This document shows, piece after piece, positions 1 through 8,180 of a DNA stretch of 49,012 nt. This DNA is from Candidatus Methylomirabilota bacterium. Its GTDB lineage: Bacteria; Methylomirabilota; Methylomirabilia; Methylomirabilales; CSP1-5. The position numbers were made by a program, and so were the translations under genes. Under the pieces are notes generated by a model, which searched no databases, was not told the origin of the DNA, and saw only the letters and a program-made list of their open reading frames with translations. Position 1 is the first letter of the stretch. Every line of letters starts with the position of its first letter. Location: contig JAPUFX010000135.1 in assembly GCA_027293415.1 (NCBI GenBank), forward strand, positions 1-49,012. Direction: 5' to 3'.

Positions 1-66
1 GAACAGGTTCTGGCCGGCGTCGCCTCCTTGCAGTCGGCCCTCGAGAAAGGCGGCACACAGGGCCAT
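1..66 (-). CDS. Possible 5' end of a gene running off the window (MALCAAFLEGRLQGGDAGQNLF...)
   Basis: ATG at 66 just downstream of the crt stop, open to position 1; too short to identify. Confidence 0.25.
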   Translation of the reverse strand, partial: MALCAAFLEGRLQGGDAGQNLF

Positions 67-77
67 CGATAGCGGGG

Positions 78-860
78 CTACCTCCCTTTGAAGTGGGGCT
101 GCCGCTTCTCAAGGAAGGCGTTGACCCCTTCCGTCTTGTCCTCGGTGGCAAAGCAGACGGCGAAGGTGTTGGCCTCCAGGGTCAATGCGGCCATAAGATC
201 AATCTGATATCCCCCGTCGATGACCCTCTTCGCGAGCTCGAGTACCACCGCACCCTTGCTTATGACCTGCTGAGCGAATTTCCTCACCTCCGTCATCAGG
301 TCGGCGGCCGGGAAGACCTTGTTCACGAGGCCGATCCTGTAAGCCTCCTGCGCATCGATCATCTCTCCGGTGTAGATCAGTTCTTTCGCCCGCGGCTTGC
401 CAATCAGGCGGGCGAGGCGTTGTGTGCCGCCCCCCCCAGGAATGAATCCCAGATTCACCTCCGGCTGGCCGAACCGGGCCCGATCCGACGCGAAGATGAA
501 GTCGCAGGCGAGGGCCAGCTCGCACCCGGCTCCCAGACAAAAGCCATTGACGGCTGCGATGATTGGCTTCTTCAGGCGCTCGATCCGGTTGAAGGCTGCC
601 TGGAAGGCCTGAGAGGATTGAAGGGCCTCCAGGGGGCTCAACTGCTGGAATTCGGTGATGTCGGCACCAGCGGCGAAGGCCTTCTCCCCAGCCCCCGTCA
701 GGATCAAGACCCGAACTTCTTGGTCCGCCTCGGCCTGGTCCGACACCCGGGTAAGCTCCTGGATCATCATCCGATTAATCGCATTAAGCGCCTTGGGACG
801 ATTCAAGGTGATGAGGGCGACCCCATCGGTGACCTGGTAGCTCAGCGTCTGATGGTCCAC
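78..860 (-). CDS. crt: Enoyl-CoA hydratase (crotonase)
   Basis: LNRPKALNA, AGADITEF, GAGCELALACD, FGQPEVNLG crotonase motifs; GTG start 3 nt after hbd stop. Confidence 0.93.
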   Translation of the reverse strand: MDHQTLSYQVTDGVALITLNRPKALNAINRMMIQELTRVSDQAEADQEVRVLILTGAGEKAFAAGADITEFQQLSPLEALQSSQAFQAAFNRIERLKKPIIAAVNGFCLGAGCELALACDFIFASDRARFGQPEVNLGFIPGGGGTQRLARLIGKPRAKELIYTGEMIDAQEAYRIGLVNKVFPAADLMTEVRKFAQQVISKGAVVLELAKRVIDGGYQIDLMAALTLEANTFAVCFATEDKTEGVNAFLEKRQPHFKGR

Positions 861-863
861 AAC

Positions 864-1730
864 TTATTCCTTTCTCTTGTGTTCATATGTGTAAAAACCG
901 CGGCCCTTCTTTTGGCCGAGGAAGCCAGCTTCGACCATGCGAACAAGGAGAGGACAGGGACCGTATTTGGGTTCCCCAAAACCCTCGTGAAGGGTCTGCA
1001 AGATGGCGAGGCAGACGTCGAGGCCGATCAGATCAGCCAAGGCTAGAGGGCCCATAGGGTGGTTCGCACCGAGTTTCATCACATTGTCGATGGCCTCGGC
1101 GGTTCCTACCCCCTCCATCAGGGCGTAGATCGCCTCGTTGATCATGGGCAAGATGATTCGATTCGCAAGGAAACCGGGAAAATCGGTGGCCCTCACAGGG
1201 GTCTTGCCTATCCGCTGAGCCAGTTGGTGGGTGACGGCAACTGTTTTTTCTTCGGTGGCGAAGCCCGGGATGATCTCTACCAACCGCATGATGGGGACAG
1301 GGTTGAAGAAGTGCATCCCGATGACCCGAGAAGGGGCGGAAGTGGTTGAGGCGATCTTGGTGATTGAAATGGAAGACGTGTTCGTGGCCAGGATCACCTC
1401 GGGTCTGCACGCCCGGTCGAGTTCTTCGAACACACCCTTTTTGACCGAGAAGTTTTCAGCCACTGCTTCGATGACAAAGTCGGCATCGGCGCAATCGGAG
1501 AGGGCGGTAGTCAAGGTGAGGTTTTTGAGCATTTCCCCTTTCTGGGCCTCAGTGAGCTTTCCTTTTTCCACCCCTTTGGCGAGACCGAAAGTAATCCGGC
1601 TCTTGGCACTTTCAAGGATGTCTTTTGCCACATCCTCGAGGAGGACCTGAAGCCCTGCCTGGAGGGCCACCTGAGTGATTCCATGTCCCATGGTCCCCGC
1701 ACCCACCACGGCAATAACCTTGATGTCCAT
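864..1730 (-). CDS. hbd: 3-hydroxybutyryl-CoA dehydrogenase
   Basis: GAGTMGHG NAD-binding motif, TNTSS, GMHFFNP, GFLANR, HPMGPL; strong SD upstream. Confidence 0.94.
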   Translation of the reverse strand: MDIKVIAVVGAGTMGHGITQVALQAGLQVLLEDVAKDILESAKSRITFGLAKGVEKGKLTEAQKGEMLKNLTLTTALSDCADADFVIEAVAENFSVKKGVFEELDRACRPEVILATNTSSISITKIASTTSAPSRVIGMHFFNPVPIMRLVEIIPGFATEEKTVAVTHQLAQRIGKTPVRATDFPGFLANRIILPMINEAIYALMEGVGTAEAIDNVMKLGANHPMGPLALADLIGLDVCLAILQTLHEGFGEPKYGPCPLLVRMVEAGFLGQKKGRGFYTYEHKRKE

Positions 1731-1799
1731 CCTCCAGTCCCTCCTTTCAGGGTAAAGTCGCGTTCGGAGTCCCGACTTAGGACGGGGATCCTTTGCCCT

Positions 1800-2040
1800 T
1801 CAGATTCTCTCTACGATGAGAACAATCCCCTCTCCGCCACCGAGGCAGAGGGTAAGAGTCCCCGTCGGGCCTAACGTTCTTACATGAGGTTCAAGAGAGT
1901 GGTCAGGATGCGGGCTCCCGTGGCACCAACGCGATGACCCAACCCCCCCTTTGACGTTCACGCGGTCCTCCGTCACTCCCAGGATGTGCATGTTGGCTGA
2001 GGCGGCCGCTGCAAAAGTCTCATTGATTTCGAACTGTCGT
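1800..2040 (-). pseudogene. Decayed C-terminal fragment of a second acetyl-CoA acetyltransferase (thiolase)
   Basis: FEINETFAA..DRVNVKGG, then frameshifted LGHRVGATGARILTTLLNLM*ER*ARRG, then LCLGGGEGIVLIVERI; colinear with the phaA 3' end, two indels and two in-frame stops. Confidence 0.88.
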
Positions 2041-2131
2041 ACATTCAAGAACGGAAGCCCGGGACCCTCTCTTCCGCTCCCTTCGCCTAGCCCACCCAAG
2101 AGGTTAAACCAATAAAACACGGCGCGTTAAT

Positions 2132-2156
2132 AGTCAATGGATTTTTGCGCGGCATC
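2132..2156 (-). promoter_or_regulatory. Candidate -35 (TTGACT) and PhaR-like box upstream of the thiolase remnant-hbd-crt
   Basis: Minus strand GATGCCGCGCAAAAATCCATTGACT; same box-to--35 spacing as the 3956-3980 promoter; -10 weak. Confidence 0.45.
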
Positions 2157-2333
2157 AGAATAATTAATGCCTAGATTCAACTGCTAACGTTTAAAGGGAT
2201 CCATGGCTAGAAGGCTGGTAAGTAACGGTGAAAGGCTACCCTTTGAGCGGGATCCAGAGATCCACGATAAGGAGAGCGGTGGGAGCGTTGATGGCGGTTG
2301 AAGCGCCGGTTCGACCCCTCCATGGAAAAGTGC

Positions 2334-2448
2334 GCCACCGTCGCCATTAACTACCAGCGAAATGAGGCATCAGCCAAGGAGGTCGTTCAGGAAATCGAAA
2401 GGATGGGGGGAAGATCGGGCGATATCTATCAGGCCGAGGTGAGCGACC
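2334..2448 (+). repeat. Inverted copy of an internal phaB segment (partner 5202-5316)
   Basis: 113/115 nt identical to the reverse complement of 5202-5316 (mismatches at 2337 and 2438). Confidence 0.95.
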
Positions 2449-2453
2449 GACGC

Positions 2454-3635
2454 TCAGACCCTCTCCACGATCAGAGCGATCGCCTCTCCTCCGCCGAGGC
2501 AGACGGTGCACAGTCCCCGTCGGGCCTGGCGTTCTTGCATGAGGTACAGCAGGGTGGTGAGGACACGAGCGCCGGTGGCACCAATAGGATGACCCAGCGC
2601 CACCACGCCTCCCTTGAGGTTTACGCGGTCGTCGGTCAGGCCGAGAATGCGCATGTTGGCCAAGGCCACCGCCGCAAAGGCCTCATTGATCTCAAAGAGG
2701 TCAATATCGTCGATTGTCAAACCGGTCCGCTTTAAAACCTGCTTGACCGACTCTGCCGGCGCAAGCGTGAACCATTCCGGTGCCAAGGCCGCCTCGGCAA
2801 ATCCCACGATCCGGGCCAACGGCTTGATTCCCAATTGCGCGGCCCGCCTTCCCGATAGCACGGTCAACGCCGCGGCCCCATCGTTCACGGATGGCGCGTT
2901 CGCCGCTGTAATCGTTCCACCTTCCTTGAACACGGGTTTCAGCGTTGGGATCTTCTCAAGCGCCAGGCGGTTCGGTTCCTCATCCTCCTCCACGAGGCTT
3001 GTCTCGCCCTTGCGTCCGGTCACGGGAACCTGAATGATTTCGGCCCTGAATTGTCCCTCGCGCTGCGCGCTCAAAGCGCGCATGTAGCTCTGCAGAGCAA
3101 ATCGGTCCTGTTCCTCCCGAGAGAGCTCGTATCTTGCAGCACACAATTCCCCGCACAGACCGACGTGCATATCGTTGAGGACATCCCAGAGACCATCGTG
3201 AATCATGCTGTCGATGAGCTGGCCATGCCCCATCCGGTACCCGTTCCGGGCCTTGTCCAGCAGATACGGGGCCCGGCTCATGTTCTCCATGCCGCCAGCC
3301 ACCAGGATCTCGGCTTCACCACTTCGGATGGCCTGGGCCGCCATCGTGACCGCCTTCAGGGCAGAGCCGCAGACCTTGTTGATCAAAGTTGCCCCGACCG
3401 ACTCAGGAAGGCCAGCCGCGGTAGCCGCTTGTCGCGCAGGAGCCATACCCATCCCGGCGCTCACGACGTTTCCAAGATAAACCTCGTCAACCTGGGCAGG
3501 CTCGAGGTGTGCACGACGCACCGCTTCGGCAACGACCAGGCCCCCCAGCTTGGGTGCCGCAACCGACGCTAAAGCTCCGCTGAAGCTTCCGATAGGCGTC
3601 CGGACAGCGCTCCCGATGACGACATCATCCATCAC
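2454..3635 (-). CDS. phaA: Acetyl-CoA C-acetyltransferase (beta-ketothiolase)
   Basis: NKVCGS, NEAFA, GHPIGATG, CLGGG thiolase motifs; SD AAGGAGG; context with phaB and phaR. Confidence 0.94.
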   Translation of the reverse strand: MMDDVVIGSAVRTPIGSFSGALASVAAPKLGGLVVAEAVRRAHLEPAQVDEVYLGNVVSAGMGMAPARQAATAAGLPESVGATLINKVCGSALKAVTMAAQAIRSGEAEILVAGGMENMSRAPYLLDKARNGYRMGHGQLIDSMIHDGLWDVLNDMHVGLCGELCAARYELSREEQDRFALQSYMRALSAQREGQFRAEIIQVPVTGRKGETSLVEEDEEPNRLALEKIPTLKPVFKEGGTITAANAPSVNDGAAALTVLSGRRAAQLGIKPLARIVGFAEAALAPEWFTLAPAESVKQVLKRTGLTIDDIDLFEINEAFAAVALANMRILGLTDDRVNLKGGVVALGHPIGATGARVLTTLLYLMQERQARRGLCTVCLGGGEAIALIVERV

Positions 3636-3648
3636 GAGCCTCCTTCCT

Positions 3649-3885
3649 CTATGCTGCGCTCTTCGGGATCCATTCGGCCAGTGCTATGCCGGGTCGACAG
3701 TCTTTATGTTCCGGAACGTGTTGCTCGATCTTATACCGGCAGCGCGGGCAGCAAGGGCCGAGATGGTAACCGTGGTCCCAGCAAAAGCTCCCTTCGATTT
3801 CGAGGGTGGATGTCTGCTTTCCTCCTGGCTCGTCAGCTGCAGTTCTTGCTCCAGGAAGCGGTTGACCATTTCGAAACAGATCCAT
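3649..3885 (-). CDS. Small Cys/His-rich hypothetical protein (78 aa)
   Basis: ATG 3885 with AAGGAAAG SD, downstream of a strong promoter; stop lies just before the phaA SD; CWDHGYHLGPCCPRC...HKDC. Confidence 0.6.
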   Translation of the reverse strand: MDLFRNGQPLPGARTAADEPGGKQTSTLEIEGSFCWDHGYHLGPCCPRCRYKIEQHVPEHKDCRPGIALAEWIPKSAA

Positions 3886-3932
3886 CAGACTTTCCTTGCG
3901 GTTGGTCGATCCAGATGACACAATCGCTAACT

Positions 3933-3978
3933 AATATAACACTATGCGTCATAGATGTCAAGATGATTTTGCGCTGCA
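3933..3978 (-). promoter_or_regulatory. sigma70 promoter for small ORF-phaA with PhaR-like box
   Basis: TTGACA (3961-3956)-N17-TATATT (3938-3933); TGCAGCGCA at 3978-3970; CTATG-N3-CATAG palindrome in the spacer. Confidence 0.75.
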
Positions 3979-4071
3979 TTAAAGAACGTGAATACTTGGA
4001 TTCAAGTGTCTGATTTCAAAGGGGCATATGAGGGAGGAGACGAAAGTTTTGGGGAGAGTGGTGAGGAATGG

Positions 4072-4599
4072 CTAGGTAGTTTCGACGGGGCTTTTCTCCG
4101 GGTCTGTGATCCGCTTCTCCAAGCGCTCAAGGCTCTCCTTGAGCAACTCGAGTTCGGCTTTCAAAAGGGCTTCGGCGGTCTGCTCGGTCTGCTCCGCCGA
4201 GGTTTTTGGGGACCGATCGGGCTTCCTCCCCGGAGGTCCCCAGCCCCTCATTGCCACTTCCTTCCAGAGTTTTCCCGCTTCTCGCTGTGTGGTCGTGAAA
4301 GTCTCCAGGCTCGAAAAGAGCCCCCGCTGAAAGAGATGTTGGAGCGATTCCCCGTACTGGATCAGTTGGTGCAGGAAGCTGACCGGCACGAGGTTTTTGT
4401 GCTTCTTCTCCTCCTCCAGGATGATCTGCGCCAGGGTGACCGCGGTCAGGTCTTCGTGTGAGGTGGTATCCACCACCTTGACCTGCTTCCCCTGCCGGAT
4501 GAGACCAGCAATCTCCTCGAGCCTGATATAGCGGCTTCGGCTGGGGTCGTAGAGCTTCCGGTTGCTATACTTTTTGATGAGGACAGGATCATCCGCCAT
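4072..4599 (-). CDS. phaR: Polyhydroxyalkanoate synthesis repressor
   Basis: IKKYSNRKLYD...RYIRLEEIAGLIRQG...EDLTAVTLAQII DNA-binding domain; start moved to ATG 4599 (SD GGAAAGG). Confidence 0.92.
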   Translation of the reverse strand: MADDPVLIKKYSNRKLYDPSRSRYIRLEEIAGLIRQGKQVKVVDTTSHEDLTAVTLAQIILEEEKKHKNLVPVSFLHQLIQYGESLQHLFQRGLFSSLETFTTTQREAGKLWKEVAMRGWGPPGRKPDRSPKTSAEQTEQTAEALLKAELELLKESLERLEKRITDPEKSPVETT

Positions 4600-4656
4600 T
4601 GGACAACCTTTCCATGAATGCCGCGGGGACATCCCATTTGTGGCAGCAGGGGTCCC

Positions 4657-5403
4657 TCACATGTACATCCCTCCATTGACGTTGAGCACGTGACCGGTAA
4701 TGTAGCTCGTTTCATCGGAGGCCAGAAAGACCACTGCTTTTGCTACGTCCTCCGGCTTGCCGAACCGGTGCATGGGAATCTGGGCGAGGACCTTCTCCTT
4801 GACTTCGTCGGGGGTACCGGCCACCATCTCGGTCTCGATGAACCCGGGCGCAACAGCGTTGACGGTGACCCCTTTCGCGGCGAACTCCTTGGCCAAGGTT
4901 TTCGTCAAGCCGAGGAGCGCTGCCTTGGCCGCCGCATAGTTCGCCTGACCGAAGTTCCCCGTCTGACCAACGACGGACGAGATGTTAATGATCCTGCCAT
5001 AGCCTCTGGCCTTCATCGCCACGACGAAAGCCTTCGTGCAGTGGAAGGCGCCGTCTAGATCCACCGAGACCACGGCCTTCCAGGTCTCATAATCCATATT
5101 GATGAAGCTTTTGTCGCGATTAATGCCGGCGTTGTTGACCAAGATGTCCACGCGTTCAAACCGTTGGAGGATCGCACCCCGCATGCGAAGGACCTGCGCG
5201 GGGTCGCTCACATCGGCCTGATAGATATCGCCCGATCTTCCCCCCATCCTTTCGATTTCCTGAACGACCTCCTTGGCTGATGCCTCATTTCGCTGGTAGT
5301 TAATGGCGACGGCGGCCCCCTCCTCGGCAAGGGCTAACGCAATCGCCCGGCCGATCCCCCGGGAGCCCCCGGTCACCACGGCGACTCGCCCTTTTAGCCT
5401 CAT
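4657..5403 (-). CDS. phaB: Acetoacetyl-CoA reductase (SDR family)
   Basis: [35 protein letters not shown]; adjacent to phaR and phaA. Confidence 0.88.
   Translation of the reverse strand: MRLKGRVAVVTGGSRGIGRAIALALAEEGAAVAINYQRNEASAKEVVQEIERMGGRSGDIYQADVSDPAQVLRMRGAILQRFERVDILVNNAGINRDKSFINMDYETWKAVVSVDLDGAFHCTKAFVVAMKARGYGRIINISSVVGQTGNFGQANYAAAKAALLGLTKTLAKEFAAKGVTVNAVAPGFIETEMVAGTPDEVKEKVLAQIPMHRFGKPEDVAKAVVFLASDETSYITGHVLNVNGGMYM
5202..5316 (-). repeat. phaB segment duplicated in inverted orientation at 2334-2448
   Basis: Direct sequence comparison, 113/115 identity. Confidence 0.95.
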
Positions 5404-5452
5404 CGCATCCTCCCTCCGCTCTGGAACGCCGTGATTCAGCTACTCATAACAA

Positions 5453-5481
5453 AGTCTACCATCGCCTTGGTTTCGAGGCAA
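5453..5481 (-). promoter_or_regulatory. sigma70 promoter for phaB-phaR
   Basis: TTGCCT (5481-5476)-N17-TAGACT (5458-5453) with extended -10 TG. Confidence 0.6.
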
Positions 5482-5605
5482 TGTCTAATCTGAACATCGT
5501 AACTTGTTAAATCAAAGGCTATTTCTGGCACAACATAGGTCAGATTGGGGAGACCGCGTTTTGGGCGTTATGACGCAGCCGCTATAACGCATATGCTAAA
5601 AAAAC

Positions 5606-5635
5606 TTGACAGCCGGACACCCATTACCTTGTAAT
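5606..5635 (+). promoter_or_regulatory. sigma70 promoter for phaJ
   Basis: TTGACA (5606-5611)-N18-TGTAAT (5630-5635); TATGACGCA and TATAACGCA boxes at 5569 and 5583. Confidence 0.55.
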
Positions 5636-5761
5636 AGTCATAGAAGGAGCGAAAGGATAAGGTAATTTTCCCAACGACACCTCGGAAAAGGAGGAAGGGA
5701 AAGCATAGGCGATCGCTAGCGGATCGGCGTGGTTGCCGAGCGACTGTTGAGGAGAGACTCA

Positions 5762-6184
5762 ATGCGCGGGAAGACGATGGACGGGCTGGAGCTCGGGCAG
5801 AAGGCCGTCATCGTGAAGACGATCACGGCCGCAGATATTGAGCAATACTCCACCCTGACAGGAGATCGGAACCCCCTGCACACCGATCATGCCTTTGCCA
5901 AACGGACGCGATTTGGGGAACCTATCGCGCAAGGCATGCTGGCGGCCAGCGTGATCTCGGCGTGTATCGGCAGTCGGCTGCCCGGCCCCGGGACGATCTA
6001 TCTTTCCCAAGAACTCCGATTTCTCAGGCCCGTGAAGATTGGCGATACAGTTATCGCCCGTGTCGAAGTGACCGAACTCATCAGAGAAAAGCACCGGGTT
6101 CGCCTCAAGACGACCCTTCACAATCAGCGTGGAGAGCCGGTCATCGAGGGTTCTGCGCTGGTGATCCCCCCCTCCCACCACTAG
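5762..6184 (+). CDS. phaJ: MaoC-family (R)-specific enoyl-CoA hydratase
   Basis: TGDRNPLH, RFGEPIAQGML, LPGPGTIYLSQELRFLRPV; start moved to ATG 5762 (SD GAGGAG). Confidence 0.88.
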   Translation: MRGKTMDGLELGQKAVIVKTITAADIEQYSTLTGDRNPLHTDHAFAKRTRFGEPIAQGMLAASVISACIGSRLPGPGTIYLSQELRFLRPVKIGDTVIARVEVTELIREKHRVRLKTTLHNQRGEPVIEGSALVIPPSHH

Positions 6185-6341
6185 CAATACGCACTTCACT
6201 AAAGGTTGCTTCCGTCTCGGCTGTGGGGCTCTAGTGCCGTCACGAGCGGCGCACTCTCTTGCCCTCAGCCCGAGGCCGACGTTCCTACCGCGATTCATCC
6301 GCGGCACCTTCGTGTTTTTCTTAGCTTTGAGGGCCCTTACG

Positions 6342-6370
6342 TTGACAGGGTGCTTGTAATCCCATAAAAT
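6342..6370 (+). promoter_or_regulatory. Near-consensus sigma70 promoter of the Ubl operon
   Basis: TTGACA (6342-6347)-N17-TAAAAT (6365-6370). Confidence 0.8.
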
Positions 6371-6405
6371 GCATGCGTTCGAAGGAGACCCGTTCCCGCA
6401 AGGAT

Positions 6406-8163
6406 ATGGTGGCGGTGAGGCCAATCCCGCAATGGGCTGAAGATCTCTATGAGCGGATGGAGGCAGACACCTCGAGCCTCTTCGTCCTCCACCATAATAT
6501 CGCCGATTACGCCCCCCTCAATCAGAGCTTTCTCCCCTTTTCGACCTTTCTCACGCAGTGGCTGGGGATAACAGATCCCGTCATTTTCTACAATCGCTCC
6601 ATGGGCCTTCGCTTTCCCAATGACGAGAGCGAGCGCCGATTTCGAGAGGCGGCTGGTCTCAAGGCCAAGCCCGTTCAGGACGAGCGAGAGGCATACCTGG
6701 AAGAGCAGCGGCAGCGGGCCTTAAGGGCGTTAGGCGAGGCGACCGGTGCCGAGCCTCCCCTTCCTACTCATGCCAGCAAGGTTGTTCCACTCATTGGTCA
6801 ATGCCTCCGGTCGGGACGTCTCCGGAATGGCAGCCGGCGCGCGATCGTGGTCCTGGAGTACGCCGAGAGTATCGCGCCAGCCGCCGATTTTTCCTGTATG
6901 AATGAGGACGATCGAAACAATTTGGTGGCTCTGCTCAGCCTCGCAACCGATCGCACCGTCCGGGAGCAGGGCGGGATGGTTCTCCTCACCGTCAGCAATC
7001 TGGCCGACTTGCACCCGGCGCTGCGACAACCGGGCGATCGGGTCGAGCTCATCGAGGTTCCTCTCCCCGATGAGGGGGACCGGCTTGAGTATATCGAGCA
7101 CCTGTTGGACCAGGATGGCGCGACCCTCAGCATGAGTGCAGAGGCCTTTGCCCGAGCGACCGCCGGTCTGACCCGGTTGCACCTCGAGCAGCTCTGGCGC
7201 CAGGCGAAGGCTAAGGGGTCTCCTTTGACCTTTGAGGAGGTCAAGAGGCGCAAACGAGAGATCCTGCGGCACGATCTCTACGGGATCGTCGAACTGGTCG
7301 ACCCGAGTTTTGGACTCGAGGCCATCGGGGGGCTTGCAGCGGTCAGGGAATTCTTCCGTGAAGTGATCCAGGCCATCCGGGATGGGGACGTGAAGATGGT
7401 CCCTCGTGGGATCACGCTCGTCGGTCCGCCCGGGGTGGGGAAGACAGCGGTGGCCGAGGCGCTGGCCAAGGAGTGCGGCTTCAATTTCGTCAAGATCACT
7501 AACCCGCGGGAGAAATGGGTGGGGGCCTCGGAACGGAACTTCTGGAAGATTCTTCAATCCCTCCGATCGTTGACCCCTCTGGTAGTTTTAGAAGATGAGG
7601 CAGATCAGACCGAGCAATCCCGGGACGAAATTAGTGGCGATTCCGGAGTGACCAACCGGATTCGTCAGATGCGCTTTGAGTTCACCGGAGACCCTACCAT
7701 CCAGGGAAAGGTTTTGTGGATCCGGATCACAAATCGTCCGGACAAGCTAGATCCCGCGGAGCGTCGCTCAGGCCGGTTCAGCGAGCGGATTCCCCTGTTG
7801 ATGCCGGACGCGGATGAGCGGCTCTCTATCTTTGCGCTCATGCCAAAGAAACACGGCTTTGTCACGGTGAACGTGAACTTTCCTGCCCTGGCGGACCTCT
7901 GTGAGGAGCGCTTTCCGGGACAAATTACGGGTGCGGATATCGAGGAGATTTCGCTCAGGGCCTACCGCCATGCCAGGGTTCGGGGGGCGGATGAGGTTGC
8001 GGAAAAAGATTACCGCTGGGCTATTGAGGACTTCATCCCCTCTCAATCGGAGGAGCTGATCCGCCGGCAGGAGCTCATGGCGGTCGCCCACTGTTCCTCC
8101 CGCCGCTTCCTCCCTGAGCGGTACCGGGATCTCGGAGTCGACGAGGTCCGATCCCTCGGGTAG
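6406..8163 (+). CDS. AAA+ ATPase (COG0464-like), degenerate N-terminal region plus one intact classical AAA module
   Basis: Walker A GPPGVGKT (7423-7446), pore loop EKWVGASE, Walker B VVLEDE (7582-7599), SRH TNRPDKLDPAERRSGRF; ATG 6373 lies upstream of the predicted TSS, so 6406 or a nearby GTG is preferred. Confidence 0.9.
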   Translation: MVAVRPIPQWAEDLYERMEADTSSLFVLHHNIADYAPLNQSFLPFSTFLTQWLGITDPVIFYNRSMGLRFPNDESERRFREAAGLKAKPVQDEREAYLEEQRQRALRALGEATGAEPPLPTHASKVVPLIGQCLRSGRLRNGSRRAIVVLEYAESIAPAADFSCMNEDDRNNLVALLSLATDRTVREQGGMVLLTVSNLADLHPALRQPGDRVELIEVPLPDEGDRLEYIEHLLDQDGATLSMSAEAFARATAGLTRLHLEQLWRQAKAKGSPLTFEEVKRRKREILRHDLYGIVELVDPSFGLEAIGGLAAVREFFREVIQAIRDGDVKMVPRGITLVGPPGVGKTAVAEALAKECGFNFVKITNPREKWVGASERNFWKILQSLRSLTPLVVLEDEADQTEQSRDEISGDSGVTNRIRQMRFEFTGDPTIQGKVLWIRITNRPDKLDPAERRSGRFSERIPLLMPDADERLSIFALMPKKHGFVTVNVNFPALADLCEERFPGQITGADIEEISLRAYRHARVRGADEVAEKDYRWAIEDFIPSQSEELIRRQELMAVAHCSSRRFLPERYRDLGVDEVRSLG

Positions 8164-8180
8164 TGCATCGGGAGGCGTTG

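Noticed and set aside
93-1650. Long plus-strand ORFs (93-1046, 1231-1650 and many similar shadows across the window)
   Set aside because: Antisense or alternate-frame shadows of well-supported genes in GC-rich DNA; no motifs.
2300-2325. GGTTCGACCCC tRNA T-loop-like motif
   Set aside because: No T-stem pairing, acceptor stem or anticodon arm.
2298-2735. 145-aa ORF containing a PhaB-like stretch
   Set aside because: Chimera of the 115-bp inverted phaB copy and antisense phaA; not a credible gene.
5485-5512. dif-like site (TGTTAAAT resembles the XerD arm)
   Set aside because: No XerC arm at the required spacing.
6373-6405. ORF-track start of the AAA ATPase
   Set aside because: Lies 2 nt after the -10 box, upstream of the expected TSS.
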